A stretch of DNA of 64,000 bases from a virus. Lineage: Duplodnaviria > Caudoviricetes. A program made the translations under genes and the position numbers. Numbering within the stretch: the first letter of the stretch is position 1; every line of letters starts with the position of its first letter. Of this stretch, positions 34,126-43,427 are shown in pieces. The notes beneath the pieces were generated by a model. That model saw only the letters and a list, made by a program, of their open reading frames with translations, searched no databases and was not told where the DNA came from. Location of the stretch: positions 22,000 to 85,999 of the IMG/VR virus record IMGVR_UViG_3300014695_000002, one strand, 5' to 3'.

Positions 34126-34817
34126 ATGAAACTGCTTTGTGATTTTGGAATCAATGACTTAAATTATTCTGTTTTAGAAAGAGAGATTATTTCGGGAAAG
34201 GTTCAAACAGAAAATATAAGGTCTTATTTGCGTGCCCCTTCTATCAAACGTGGCATGACATGATTCATAGGTGTTATTCTAATAAAATGACATCAAGAAG
34301 AATGAGGTACTTAGGTTGTTCGGTTAATCTTGCTTGGTCGAGAGCAACAGAATTTAAAAAGTGGATGTTAGAAAATAATTGGAACGAATCCCTTAGACTT
34401 GATAAAGATATTCTTTTCCCTGGAAATAAAGAGTATGGTCCAGATACTTGTGCATTAGTACCTCACTATGTGAACGCAAGCATTGTTCTGCCAGATAGCT
34501 CGGATTCGTTTTTGCCGTATGGAGTTACTTATCAGAGTGTATATAAAGACGATCCACGTCCTGCGATAAAAAGGTATCAAGTTAGATGTTGTACTGGAGG
34601 TCCTGATAGCTTTAGAAGACATCTAGGAAGTTTTTCTTGTTCGATGGAAGCTCATAAAGTTTGGCAATTAGCAAAGATAGAATCACTTGATAACACTTTA
34701 AGCCATTATTCTAAAGAATCTTGCTACAGAAAAGATGTTGTCGATGCAATAGAGTTCAGAATAGCTATGATACTAAGCGATCTAAACCTAGGTATTGAAA
34801 CTAAAAGTTTTAAATAG
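34126..34817 (+). CDS. HNH homing endonuclease split by a -1 frameshift (programmed, or pseudogene)
   Basis: ATG 34126 frame MKLLCDFGINDLNY..SGK is homologous to the N-terminus of 61284..61883; -1 frame continues GSNRKYKVLFACPFYQTWHDMIHRCY; GGGAAAG at 34194-34200. Confidence 0.75.
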
Positions 34818-34953
34818 GTAGTTTTTGAGAGTCAATTACTTTTCCTGGTTGACTTTCCTCTAGTGCAGCGAGTCTCCTACCCATCGTCGTCATGGGTCTG
34901 CACAGACGGCACTTTTTCGAATGATATCCTAATAGATTTTATCTGAAAGAGTC

Positions 34954-34983
34954 TTGACAGAAATAGACTGCTCCTATTAGAAT
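34954..34983 (+). promoter_or_regulatory. sigma70-type promoter for the glycosyltransferase pair
   Basis: TTGACA-18-TAGAAT. Confidence 0.65.
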
Positions 34984-35006
34984 ACAAGTTTACATAGGAG
35001 AGAATA

Positions 35007-35966
35007 ATGTCTCAAGTTGAATTAATTCAGTATGGTGATTTGCTTGTAGAGCATCGTCCTACATCAGGTTGCTGGTTCCATCGTATTGGTACGAGTTTAG
35101 AAGCTTTTGGTGAAGATATCCCTAAGCCTAAAACTACAACCATATGGTTTAGTCGCCTATCAGCTATTCCGCTTGAAAAGCTTCGTGAATACAAAGCTAA
35201 CGGAATTAAGCTGATACATGATATGGATGACCATTTCATCTTGTCTTCAAACCATATTCTTAAAGACACTTACCGTCAGCAGAATATGCCAGAGCGCTTC
35301 AAAGCTTTGCTTGAGCTTGCAGATGTTGTCACTGTCACCAATAGCTATCTTGCGTCTGAGCTAAAGCCTTATGTGAATGGTGAAATTGTCGTAGTGCCAA
35401 ATGCCATCAAGTTTGATCAAGGTCAATTTTTTATCAACCAAGATTTTGAATCTGGTACACCTTTGACGTATGTAGGCGGAAACACGCACTTGCATGATTT
35501 GGAACTTATCCGTAAAGCCGTTCCTTTGAATGAGCTTACAATTGGTGGAGTTAACAAGGATTGCCAAGTCTGGGAAGAGGTTACAAAGCGATTTCGTGGA
35601 GTATCTACTAAACCCCAGGCTACGTTAGATAGTTACATGGGTTTGTATGAAGGTCATAAGATTGCACTAGCTCCACTTGAAAAGAACAATTTCAATGCTT
35701 GTAAAAGCAATCTGAAAGTCTTGGAAGCAGGAGCTAAAGGATTACCTATTGTATGCTCTCGTGTACACCCTTACCTCAATGATCTTGATAAAGATGTGGT
35801 AATGTACGGGAACAGCGAGAATAGCTGGCGTAGCGCTGTACAGAAGCTTTTGAAAGATGATGAGTATCGTAAAGATAAAGGTCTTGAGCTTGCTGAGCAT
35901 GTTCGTAAGCACTATCAGTTAGATGACGCCAACAAGATCAGACGGCAAATTATCGAGTCGCTATGA
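35007..35966 (+). CDS. GT-B fold glycosyltransferase (GT4-like)
   Basis: HDMDD, ADVVTVTNSYL, VVPNAI, LAPLEKNNFNACKSNLKVLEAGAKGLPIVCS. Confidence 0.85.
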   Translation: MSQVELIQYGDLLVEHRPTSGCWFHRIGTSLEAFGEDIPKPKTTTIWFSRLSAIPLEKLREYKANGIKLIHDMDDHFILSSNHILKDTYRQQNMPERFKALLELADVVTVTNSYLASELKPYVNGEIVVVPNAIKFDQGQFFINQDFESGTPLTYVGGNTHLHDLELIRKAVPLNELTIGGVNKDCQVWEEVTKRFRGVSTKPQATLDSYMGLYEGHKIALAPLEKNNFNACKSNLKVLEAGAKGLPIVCSRVHPYLNDLDKDVVMYGNSENSWRSAVQKLLKDDEYRKDKGLELAEHVRKHYQLDDANKIRRQIIESL

Positions 35967-36601
35967 GTAGGGTAGGCGTTGGAGTTATCACAGCAGGTAA
36001 GAGAAAGATTCAAGAGTATCATATTCAATCAGACAGACATGAAGTAGACTTCCATATTCAATTAGATGAGAAACTTGAAGGTCCGGCTAAGATGCGTAAT
36101 AAATGCTTAGCTAAGTTTGCTGATTATGATTTCATCTTTCTCTTTGACGATGACACATATCCTATTCGTTCTGGCTGGATTGATTACACAATTGATCACC
36201 ACTTGAAATCTGGTTGTCATTGGTTTGGTATTCCTGACCCCTTCAGAGACGAAGTGTTAAAGGTAGAGGGTGAAGTTGCTTATTGGAACAACCTGATAGG
36301 CGCTTTCTCCTTCTACTCTAAGAGTCTTCTTGAAACCATTGGTGGATACAATACAGCTTACAACCGATATGGCTATGAAGACGCTGGTTATCAATGGCGC
36401 GTACACAGATCAGGATTGATTGGTAGTGAAGGTTTTCCTAGTCCTCTTAAGCTTATGACTTGGATTAAAGCTGAAGATGTTCTTCATTGCGTCACTCAGC
36501 AGAACATGAGTCAGGAAGAAAAGAATTGGTATATTGAACAAAATAGACCTATCTTTGAAAAAGAGATTAGTGAAAATCAATTATTTTACGAATTTCGATA
36601 G
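35963..36601 (+). CDS. GT-A fold glycosyltransferase (GT2-like)
   Basis: GPAKMRN, YDFIFLFDDD (DxD), IGGY...YGYED motifs. Confidence 0.85.
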   Translation: MSRVGVGVITAGKRKIQEYHIQSDRHEVDFHIQLDEKLEGPAKMRNKCLAKFADYDFIFLFDDDTYPIRSGWIDYTIDHHLKSGCHWFGIPDPFRDEVLKVEGEVAYWNNLIGAFSFYSKSLLETIGGYNTAYNRYGYEDAGYQWRVHRSGLIGSEGFPSPLKLMTWIKAEDVLHCVTQQNMSQEEKNWYIEQNRPIFEKEISENQLFYEFR

Positions 36602-36619
36602 AAATCTGCTATTAGGGTA

Positions 36620-36648
36620 TTGACGTATAGCAACTTCACGCTTATAAT
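36620..36648 (+). promoter_or_regulatory. sigma70-type promoter upstream of TerL
   Basis: TTGACG-17-TATAAT. Confidence 0.8.
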
Positions 36649-36729
36649 GGCTAAATGAATTCAGAGAAATTCAAAAAGTTAATAAGAAGGATTGATCTAA
36701 TAAAAAGCGAAATGCTGTTAATCCTTTTC

Positions 36730-36764
36730 CCGACTAACCTGTAAAGAAAGTTTAGTCGGTTTTT
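36730..36764 (+). terminator. terminator-like hairpin just upstream of the TerL RBS
   Basis: CCGACTAA/TTAGTCGG stem + TTTTT. Confidence 0.6.
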
Positions 36765-36781
36765 ATTCTATAGGAGATGAC

Positions 36782-38266
36782 ATGAGCGAGGCTGTATCAT
36801 TTGGCCCTGCTAGCGAAAAGCAGGCCATGTTCCTACAAAGCGAAGCTAAGATCGTTGTGTATGGTGGTGCAGCAGGAGCGGGTAAGTCTTACTGTGGTCT
36901 TCTACACCATCTTAAATATATTGACGATCCAAACTATCGCGGTTATGTAATTCGTAAGAACTCTACAATGCTTATGAAAGCAGGTGGTCTTTTTGACGAA
37001 GCCTGTTTGCTGTATAAAGCATTTGAACCTAAAGTTAGAGTGGGAACAAAGTCCCAGACGATTACCTTCCCTAGCGGTGCTGTAGTTGCATTCTCTCACT
37101 ATGAGGATGACAAAGCTGGCGATATGTATCAGGGTATTCAGATTTCATCTATTCTTTATGATGAATCGACACAAGCCTCTGAGAGTCATATCCTTTGGTT
37201 GCTATCACGTCTACGCTCTAAAGCTAAAATGGATGGTAATATCCGTTTGACTTGTAACCCAGCACCTTCATCATTCTTACGTAAGTGGATCGACTGGTAT
37301 CTTTATCCTAAAGACCACCCTTTGTTTGGTCGTCCTGATCCTGAAAAGGATGGTAAGATTCGCTGGTTCATTCAACGTAACAACCAGATGATTTGGGGTG
37401 ATTCAAAAGAAGAGCTTATTGAAAAATACGGAGAAAAGGCAAAGCCTCTTTCCTTCCAGTTTATCAGTGCTCGAATTTATGACAACCCTCCGCTCATTGA
37501 AGCTAACCCTGATTACCTTACATTCCTTGAAAACCTTAAGCGTGTTGAAAAAGAACGCTTGCTAGAAGGTAACTGGGAAGCTCGTGAAGAGTCAAGTGGA
37601 TTCTTTAAACGTGAGTGGCTAGAACCTGAACTCATTAATTATCCTGAAGATCACGAGATTGAGAAGGTTGTCAGAGCATACGACCTAGCTGGTACTTTGG
37701 CCTCAGAAAGCAATCCCAATCCTGACTACACCGCTTCCGTTAAGATGGCAAAGCTTAAATCAGGCCAATATGTAATTCTTGATGTATGCAGACTGAGAGC
37801 ACGCTATGGTGATCTTATGGTGCATATCCTTAAGAATGCAGAGCAAGATGGTCATGGTGTGGATATTATCCTCCCGATTGAACCGGGTCAAGCTGGTAAA
37901 GCCGCTGCTCAGATGATGATTCGTCAGATTGCTGAACATGGCTATTATGCCAAAGGTAAAACAACCAACAGAAGTAAGCTTGAACGTTTCCGACCTTTTG
38001 CTGCTGCTGCCGAATCTGGCTCTGTCAAGATTGTAAAAGGCTGCGCTAATTGCTTGGAATCTGGTATTACAGCAGACAATGACTTCTTCTATAAAGAAAT
38101 GGAAGACTTTGTTCCAAACAATAGAAATCAAAAAGATGATATGGTCGATGCCTGCGGTGATGCCTTCTTAATGTTAGCACAGAAAATAACAATTCCAAAC
38201 TTCCTCCCCGGAATGGCAAGCTTCGGCTTTGAACAAGTAAAGAACCCATTAACCTCTATACGTTAA
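36782..38266 (+). CDS. terL: terminase large subunit
   Basis: YGGAAGAGKS Walker A, YDES Walker B, TCNP, RAYDLA and DDMVDA nuclease motifs. Confidence 0.95.
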   Translation: MSEAVSFGPASEKQAMFLQSEAKIVVYGGAAGAGKSYCGLLHHLKYIDDPNYRGYVIRKNSTMLMKAGGLFDEACLLYKAFEPKVRVGTKSQTITFPSGAVVAFSHYEDDKAGDMYQGIQISSILYDESTQASESHILWLLSRLRSKAKMDGNIRLTCNPAPSSFLRKWIDWYLYPKDHPLFGRPDPEKDGKIRWFIQRNNQMIWGDSKEELIEKYGEKAKPLSFQFISARIYDNPPLIEANPDYLTFLENLKRVEKERLLEGNWEAREESSGFFKREWLEPELINYPEDHEIEKVVRAYDLAGTLASESNPNPDYTASVKMAKLKSGQYVILDVCRLRARYGDLMVHILKNAEQDGHGVDIILPIEPGQAGKAAAQMMIRQIAEHGYYAKGKTTNRSKLERFRPFAAAAESGSVKIVKGCANCLESGITADNDFFYKEMEDFVPNNRNQKDDMVDACGDAFLMLAQKITIPNFLPGMASFGFEQVKNPLTSIR

Positions 38267-38275
38267 GGAGCCTCT

Positions 38276-39745
38276 ATGGCTGATACAGAACAGGCTCCCC
38301 TGACTCAAGGGACTGAGGTTTCAATTCCCAGATTACGTCTTGGGGAAGTTGGTCAACCCGGTCTTACTGTCCTAGGTGGCAGTGTTCTTGAATCCTGTCA
38401 GTATGAACTTCAGTGGCCTCAATGCATTCACACATTTGACAAAATGCGTCGTGATGCAACTATCAGCAGCGCCATTCAACTTCTTGAAACTATGATATCC
38501 AAGGTTAAGTGGGAAGTTAAGATTGCCCACAATGCCTCAGATGATCTTAAACGTAAAAAGCAATACCTTGAAGAAGTTATCCAGGATATGGATTGCTCTC
38601 TTCTTGAAGTGATTAAAGAGATTAGCAGCTTTAATACTTACGGTTTCTGTGTGATGGAGAAGGTGTTTCGTCGCCGTCTTCGTTCACAAGGTTCCTACTA
38701 CAACGATGGTCTTGTAGGCATTAAGAAGATTACTCCTCGTGCTCAAGAGACTATTGCTAAGTGGGAGTACGACGATGATAATCGTGAGCTTACCGGGATT
38801 CGTCAGTGGTATCGTAAGAACAACGGTGCTGTAAACGAGTTTGAGATTGCTCCAGGCAAACTTATCCCTCGCGAGAAGTTCATGTTGTTCCGTACCAACG
38901 CAAGGCGCAACAATCCCACAGGTACAAGCCCTCTGGTTTACTGCTGGGAAAGTTGGAAATTTAAGAAAGCTCTTGAAGAGTCAGAAGCCGTAGGTGTTGC
39001 TAAAGACTTACGTGGTCTTCCAATTCTCACCATCCCTGCTCAATATATGGCTGAAGGTGCCTCTGAATCAGATAAGGCTACTTACGAATATCTCAAACGT
39101 GTTATTCGTAACGTACACCGAGACGAACAAGAAGGTCTTATTCTTCCTGGCGTATATGATGATGGTGGACATGAACTATTCAAGTTTGAACTGGCTGGTG
39201 TTACAGGTAGTAAGAGCTACAACGTTGGTGACATTATCAATCGTTACAGCAATGAAATCCTAATGTCATTCTTTGCTGATGTTCTTAAGCTTGGTCAAGG
39301 GGCTACTGGCTCTTACTCTCTTGCAGATTCTAAGACATCAATCATTGCCACTCGCATTGAAGCTGCTTTGATGGAGATTCAAGACCAGTTCAATAACGAT
39401 CTTATCAAACAGCTTGCAGAACTTAATGGCTGGAATCCCGTTGATATGCCTAAGCTTGTCTATGGTGATATCGATGATCGGGATATCGACGTACTATCCT
39501 CTGCATTGCAACGTACCAAAGCTACTGGTCTTGTCGTCCCCTCTCCAAGGAACGTTAACTACATCGCTGAACAGCTTGGCCTGCCAGATCGCGTTGATGA
39601 AAATATGCCTCAAGAAGAACTTAGTGAACTTCTTGGTCAAATGACATCATCCAGCGGTGAAGGTATGGTTGAAGGTCTGAGTAATGGTACTGGAAGTTCA
39701 GACGGATCATCTGGTGACAGTTCAACAAGTAATAAAGAAAACTAA
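38276..39745 (+). CDS. portal protein (DUF935-like)
   Basis: Position after TerL; NPTGTSPL, GLPIL.IP, GSYSLA motifs; 489 aa. Confidence 0.9.
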   Translation: MADTEQAPLTQGTEVSIPRLRLGEVGQPGLTVLGGSVLESCQYELQWPQCIHTFDKMRRDATISSAIQLLETMISKVKWEVKIAHNASDDLKRKKQYLEEVIQDMDCSLLEVIKEISSFNTYGFCVMEKVFRRRLRSQGSYYNDGLVGIKKITPRAQETIAKWEYDDDNRELTGIRQWYRKNNGAVNEFEIAPGKLIPREKFMLFRTNARRNNPTGTSPLVYCWESWKFKKALEESEAVGVAKDLRGLPILTIPAQYMAEGASESDKATYEYLKRVIRNVHRDEQEGLILPGVYDDGGHELFKFELAGVTGSKSYNVGDIINRYSNEILMSFFADVLKLGQGATGSYSLADSKTSIIATRIEAALMEIQDQFNNDLIKQLAELNGWNPVDMPKLVYGDIDDRDIDVLSSALQRTKATGLVVPSPRNVNYIAEQLGLPDRVDENMPQEELSELLGQMTSSSGEGMVEGLSNGTGSSDGSSGDSSTSNKEN

Positions 39746-39754
39746 GGAGCCTTT

Positions 39755-41128
39755 ATGGCACATGCTCTAAGGCTTCTTACTCAGAAGCTATACAATCAGC
39801 CTCATCTAATGGAGGCTAAGAGCTTTGAAGCTATCATGAGCTACCTTGATCATCGTAACAGTGGTCAAGCAGTATTGCAAGATAGCGAAGATGAACGCTC
39901 TAACAAATCCCATCTAATGTACAACCCAGACACCAAAGTCGGAATGCTTTCGGTAGAAGGTCCCCTCACTTATAAGCCCGTTACTATGATGGGTTTTGAT
40001 TGTGGTGGTGCTAACTATCAAGCAATGAAAGCTGACATGGATGCTCTTGCTGAACAGGGTATGAAAACTCTTGTTCTGAACGTAGATAGTGGTGGCGGTG
40101 AAGCTTACCAAGTATTTGAAACTGCACAATACATTCGTAATGTAGCAAATGCTAATGGTATTCAAATCCTATCCTATATTGATGGTATGAGTGCTTCTTC
40201 TGCTTATGCTCTAACTTCTATTTCTGATCAGATCATTGTTAATCCTCAAGCTGAAGTTGGCAGCATTGGTGTTGTCGTTCGTTTGATGAATGATTCCAAA
40301 GCGCTTGAGAAAGAAGGCTATGAACGTACTTTCGTCTATGCCGGTGGCAGTAAGGTGCCGTTTGCAAAAGACGGTAGTTTCCGCGAAGACTTTATCTCAG
40401 ATATTCAAAGTAAAGTAGATACGCTTTACGAAAGCTTTACTGAGTTTGTTGCAGAACATCGTGACATCTCAGTAGAAACTGTTAGATCGACTGAAGCTAA
40501 GACTTTCTTGCCAAAAGAAGCACTGAGCCTAGGTCTAGCAGATGCTGTAATGACTCATGAAGAGTTTTACTCACATTTAGCAGACGTAGCTCAAAAAGAG
40601 AATAACATGCTCAAACTTAAATCCAAGATGTTTAATATGTCGCAAGACAGTGTTAGTGAGGTTGAAATGAAAGAACTTGAACTAGCTAAAGAACAACTAT
40701 CTGAAGTGCAAGCTCTGCTTTCAGCCAAAGATGTTGAACTTCAAGCTGCCCTAGAAGATGCTGTAACCCTTAAAGCTTCCTTTGATACTCAAGCTGCTGA
40801 GCTAGCTGGTATTAAAGAGCAACTAGCTGTATTCCAAGCCCAGAAAGAAGCTGCTGACCTTGCTGCCAAACAAGCTGTTGCTCAAGCCCGTCTTGACAAG
40901 CTAACTGCTGCTGTTGGTACTGAGAAGGCTGCTGAACTTTCTGCTAAGTTTGAAGGTGCTGACGATGCTCTATTTGAAGCAATGGTTGGTGCTCTAGAAT
41001 TCGCCTCTGTTGGCGAAAAACAATCTGCCCTTTTCACTGAGATGGGTGCGGATACTAAGGTTGAGACTAATCCCTCTATGGAAGAAGCTCTCGCTGCTGC
41101 AATCAAAAAACAATACAAAACTAAGTAA
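39755..41128 (+). CDS. prohead protease (S49) fused to scaffold
   Basis: DSGGG, SASSAY, GSIGVV motifs; Ala/Glu-rich coiled-coil C-terminus. Confidence 0.9.
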   Translation: MAHALRLLTQKLYNQPHLMEAKSFEAIMSYLDHRNSGQAVLQDSEDERSNKSHLMYNPDTKVGMLSVEGPLTYKPVTMMGFDCGGANYQAMKADMDALAEQGMKTLVLNVDSGGGEAYQVFETAQYIRNVANANGIQILSYIDGMSASSAYALTSISDQIIVNPQAEVGSIGVVVRLMNDSKALEKEGYERTFVYAGGSKVPFAKDGSFREDFISDIQSKVDTLYESFTEFVAEHRDISVETVRSTEAKTFLPKEALSLGLADAVMTHEEFYSHLADVAQKENNMLKLKSKMFNMSQDSVSEVEMKELELAKEQLSEVQALLSAKDVELQAALEDAVTLKASFDTQAAELAGIKEQLAVFQAQKEAADLAAKQAVAQARLDKLTAAVGTEKAAELSAKFEGADDALFEAMVGALEFASVGEKQSALFTEMGADTKVETNPSMEEALAAAIKKQYKTK

Positions 41129-41145
41129 TTCGAGGACTATATCTA

Positions 41146-41574
41146 ATGGCTATTCTTGACCTAACCTACCGCACCCTTGGCGACCTAGTTGTACATGAAC
41201 TTGATCCCAGTGTTGGTTATGCTCGTAAGGTAATCACCCTAAACTTCGCTGCTGCTGGTGATGCTTCTGCTGTCGTAATGGGCACTGTAGTTGCTAAAGC
41301 TGCTGCTGATACCACCTACCACAAAGCTGTGGCTGCTGATCTAACCACCGCTGGCACCAAGTTTGGTGTTGTGTTCGGTGACCGTTTTAGCTGGAAGCCT
41401 TCTTTCGCTATGACTGCTGGTCAGAACGCACAAGCTGTTGCTTTCGTTCGTGATGAAGTCATTCTTTCTGACTACCTCATTAAGCAAGTTAACACCCAAT
41501 TCAATGCTGCTCAGATTGAGACCCTGAAAGGTCTGCTTGAAGCGCAGGGCGTTCTAGTTGAGATCGCGTGCTAA
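41146..41574 (+). CDS. head decoration protein
   Basis: Position between protease and capsid gene; beta-tulip-like size. Confidence 0.75.
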   Translation: MAILDLTYRTLGDLVVHELDPSVGYARKVITLNFAAAGDASAVVMGTVVAKAAADTTYHKAVAADLTTAGTKFGVVFGDRFSWKPSFAMTAGQNAQAVAFVRDEVILSDYLIKQVNTQFNAAQIETLKGLLEAQGVLVEIAC

Positions 41575-41614
41575 GCGCTTCTCTTAAAGTATATCAATCT
41601 GGAGTATAATTAAT

Positions 41615-42688
41615 ATGGCTATTGCTTTTCAACCCAACAACACTGGTCGCGTACTAGAACTTACTAACCAACTAGTCACCATCCCTAACCAGTGGGGTCT
41701 AATCAACTCTATGGGCCTGTTCAATGAGCAGGGTGTTACCCAAGATACCGTTGCTGTCACTTCAATGACTGAAGTTGATGGCCTACCAATCGACCGTAAC
41801 TGGGATGAACGTAACAGTACCATCAAGCCTCCCAGCCGTGGTGTTCTAACTTTCCCAATCCCTCACTTCCCTCTAGATACCGCTATTCTACCCCGTGATC
41901 TACAGGGTATTATCTCTTGGGAAAACTTTGCTCAGAACCTAGACCTTGAAAGCGCTGCTTCTGTCCGTGCTCGCAAGATGGATGCTCTACGTCGTCGCTA
42001 TGCTTCCCTGGCAGAAGTCGCTCGTATGCAGATCATTACCCAAGGTACTGTGTATGCTCCTTCCGGCACCCTACAGCGTGCCTACGGTCCTACCGTCAAC
42101 TTCTACAATGAGTTCGGCGTTACCCGTACCGAAATCACCACCGACCTAGCTAACAGCAACGTTGACCCCCTAACCTTTACCAACCAAATTCAGGATGGTA
42201 TTCAGGACGGTCTACTAAATGGTCAAGTGGTTAGTGATTATGTTGTTGTCTGCTCCCCTGAGTATTTCCAAGCTCTGATCAGCAACCCTTATATCACTGA
42301 AGTTTACAAGTATTACCGTCGTGAGCAAGACCCACTCACCACCCGTCTTGGTGTCCAGGGTATGCCACTTGATGCTCGTTATCAAGTGTTCAACTTCGGT
42401 GGTATCAGCTTCATTCAATACCGTGGTACTTACACCGACCAAAATGGCGTTGTTCAGCGTTTTATTCCTGCTGGCGATGCTTATGCCTTCCCCCTAGGCG
42501 TAACTGACATGTTCCAAACCTACTACGCTCCTGCGCTACGGTTTGACACTGTTAACACTGTTGGTCAATCTCAGTATTACTTTGAAGAAATGTCTAGCAA
42601 AATGGACAAGATCGAAATTATGTCTGAATCCAACATGCTAAACGCTTGCCTACGTCCACAAGCTATTGTTCGCCTACACCTAGCTTAA
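41615..42688 (+). CDS. major capsid protein
   Basis: 357 aa; highly biased codon usage; PHFPL, ARMQII..G, YYAPA, ESN.L...RPQAIV motifs. Confidence 0.92.
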   Translation: MAIAFQPNNTGRVLELTNQLVTIPNQWGLINSMGLFNEQGVTQDTVAVTSMTEVDGLPIDRNWDERNSTIKPPSRGVLTFPIPHFPLDTAILPRDLQGIISWENFAQNLDLESAASVRARKMDALRRRYASLAEVARMQIITQGTVYAPSGTLQRAYGPTVNFYNEFGVTRTEITTDLANSNVDPLTFTNQIQDGIQDGLLNGQVVSDYVVVCSPEYFQALISNPYITEVYKYYRREQDPLTTRLGVQGMPLDARYQVFNFGGISFIQYRGTYTDQNGVVQRFIPAGDAYAFPLGVTDMFQTYYAPALRFDTVNTVGQSQYYFEEMSSKMDKIEIMSESNMLNACLRPQAIVRLHLA

Positions 42689-42707
42689 TTGCTAGTTCGG
42701 GATATGG

Positions 42708-42733
42708 GGACTTCGGTCCCCTTCCCATTCCCA
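42708..42733 (+). terminator. UUCG-capped hairpin after the capsid gene
   Basis: GGGGAC-TTCG-GTCCCC; weak U tract. Confidence 0.5.
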
Positions 42734-42752
42734 AATTCTAAAGAGGTTTGTA

Positions 42753-42965
42753 ATGAACATTAAGAAGCCCGAGGGTCGCTTCCTTAGCACCCAAGCACAG
42801 CTCGACAGTCTTTACGAACAACTCGGTAAAGTCCGTGTTCCAAAAGCTGGCGATGAGTCATTCGCTAAATTCAAAGATGTTGAAGAGCTAGACACTGACA
42901 GCAAGCTAACCGTCAAGGATGTAGCTGCTAAACTAAATGAAATTATTCAAGCTCTTAAAGCTTAA
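42753..42965 (+). CDS. head-fibre-like small protein
   Basis: DVAAKLNEIIQALKA C-terminal motif. Confidence 0.6.
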   Translation: MNIKKPEGRFLSTQAQLDSLYEQLGKVRVPKAGDESFAKFKDVEELDTDSKLTVKDVAAKLNEIIQALKA

Positions 42966-42974
42966 GGATTAAAT

Positions 42975-43427
42975 ATGGCTCTGTCAAATATTCAAGCTGT
43001 CCGTTTATTTATCTCCGACCGCACAGAGCCATTTACTTTCTCAGACGAAGACATTCAATACTTTCTTGATATGTCCGGTGGTTCTGTTCGTCAAGCTTCA
43101 ATCTTAGCATTGTATGCAATCATTGGCGATCTTGCAAAGAATAAGTCAATCTACCGTGAGACTACTGGTGATATTGAAGTATGGAGTAATGCTATTGATT
43201 GGTACAAGCTTCTACTAACCAATTTCAATACTAATCCAACACTTGGTCTTGGTAATCTGATGCCTTATGCTGCTGGCATTGATCGGTGTGATGTAATTGC
43301 TAATGAAATGGACTTGTCTGTAAATCGTGCAAACATCCCCAATACTGATTGTGGGATTATGAACTGTTTGTATAAGTTTCAATATGGAATTCCTGAGCTA
43401 CCCCGTTGGGTCGTGGTTCCAACATGA
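42975..43427 (+). CDS. head-tail adaptor
   Basis: VRLFISD....FSDEDIQYFL; position. Confidence 0.8.
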   Translation: MALSNIQAVRLFISDRTEPFTFSDEDIQYFLDMSGGSVRQASILALYAIIGDLAKNKSIYRETTGDIEVWSNAIDWYKLLLTNFNTNPTLGLGNLMPYAAGIDRCDVIANEMDLSVNRANIPNTDCGIMNCLYKFQYGIPELPRWVVVPT

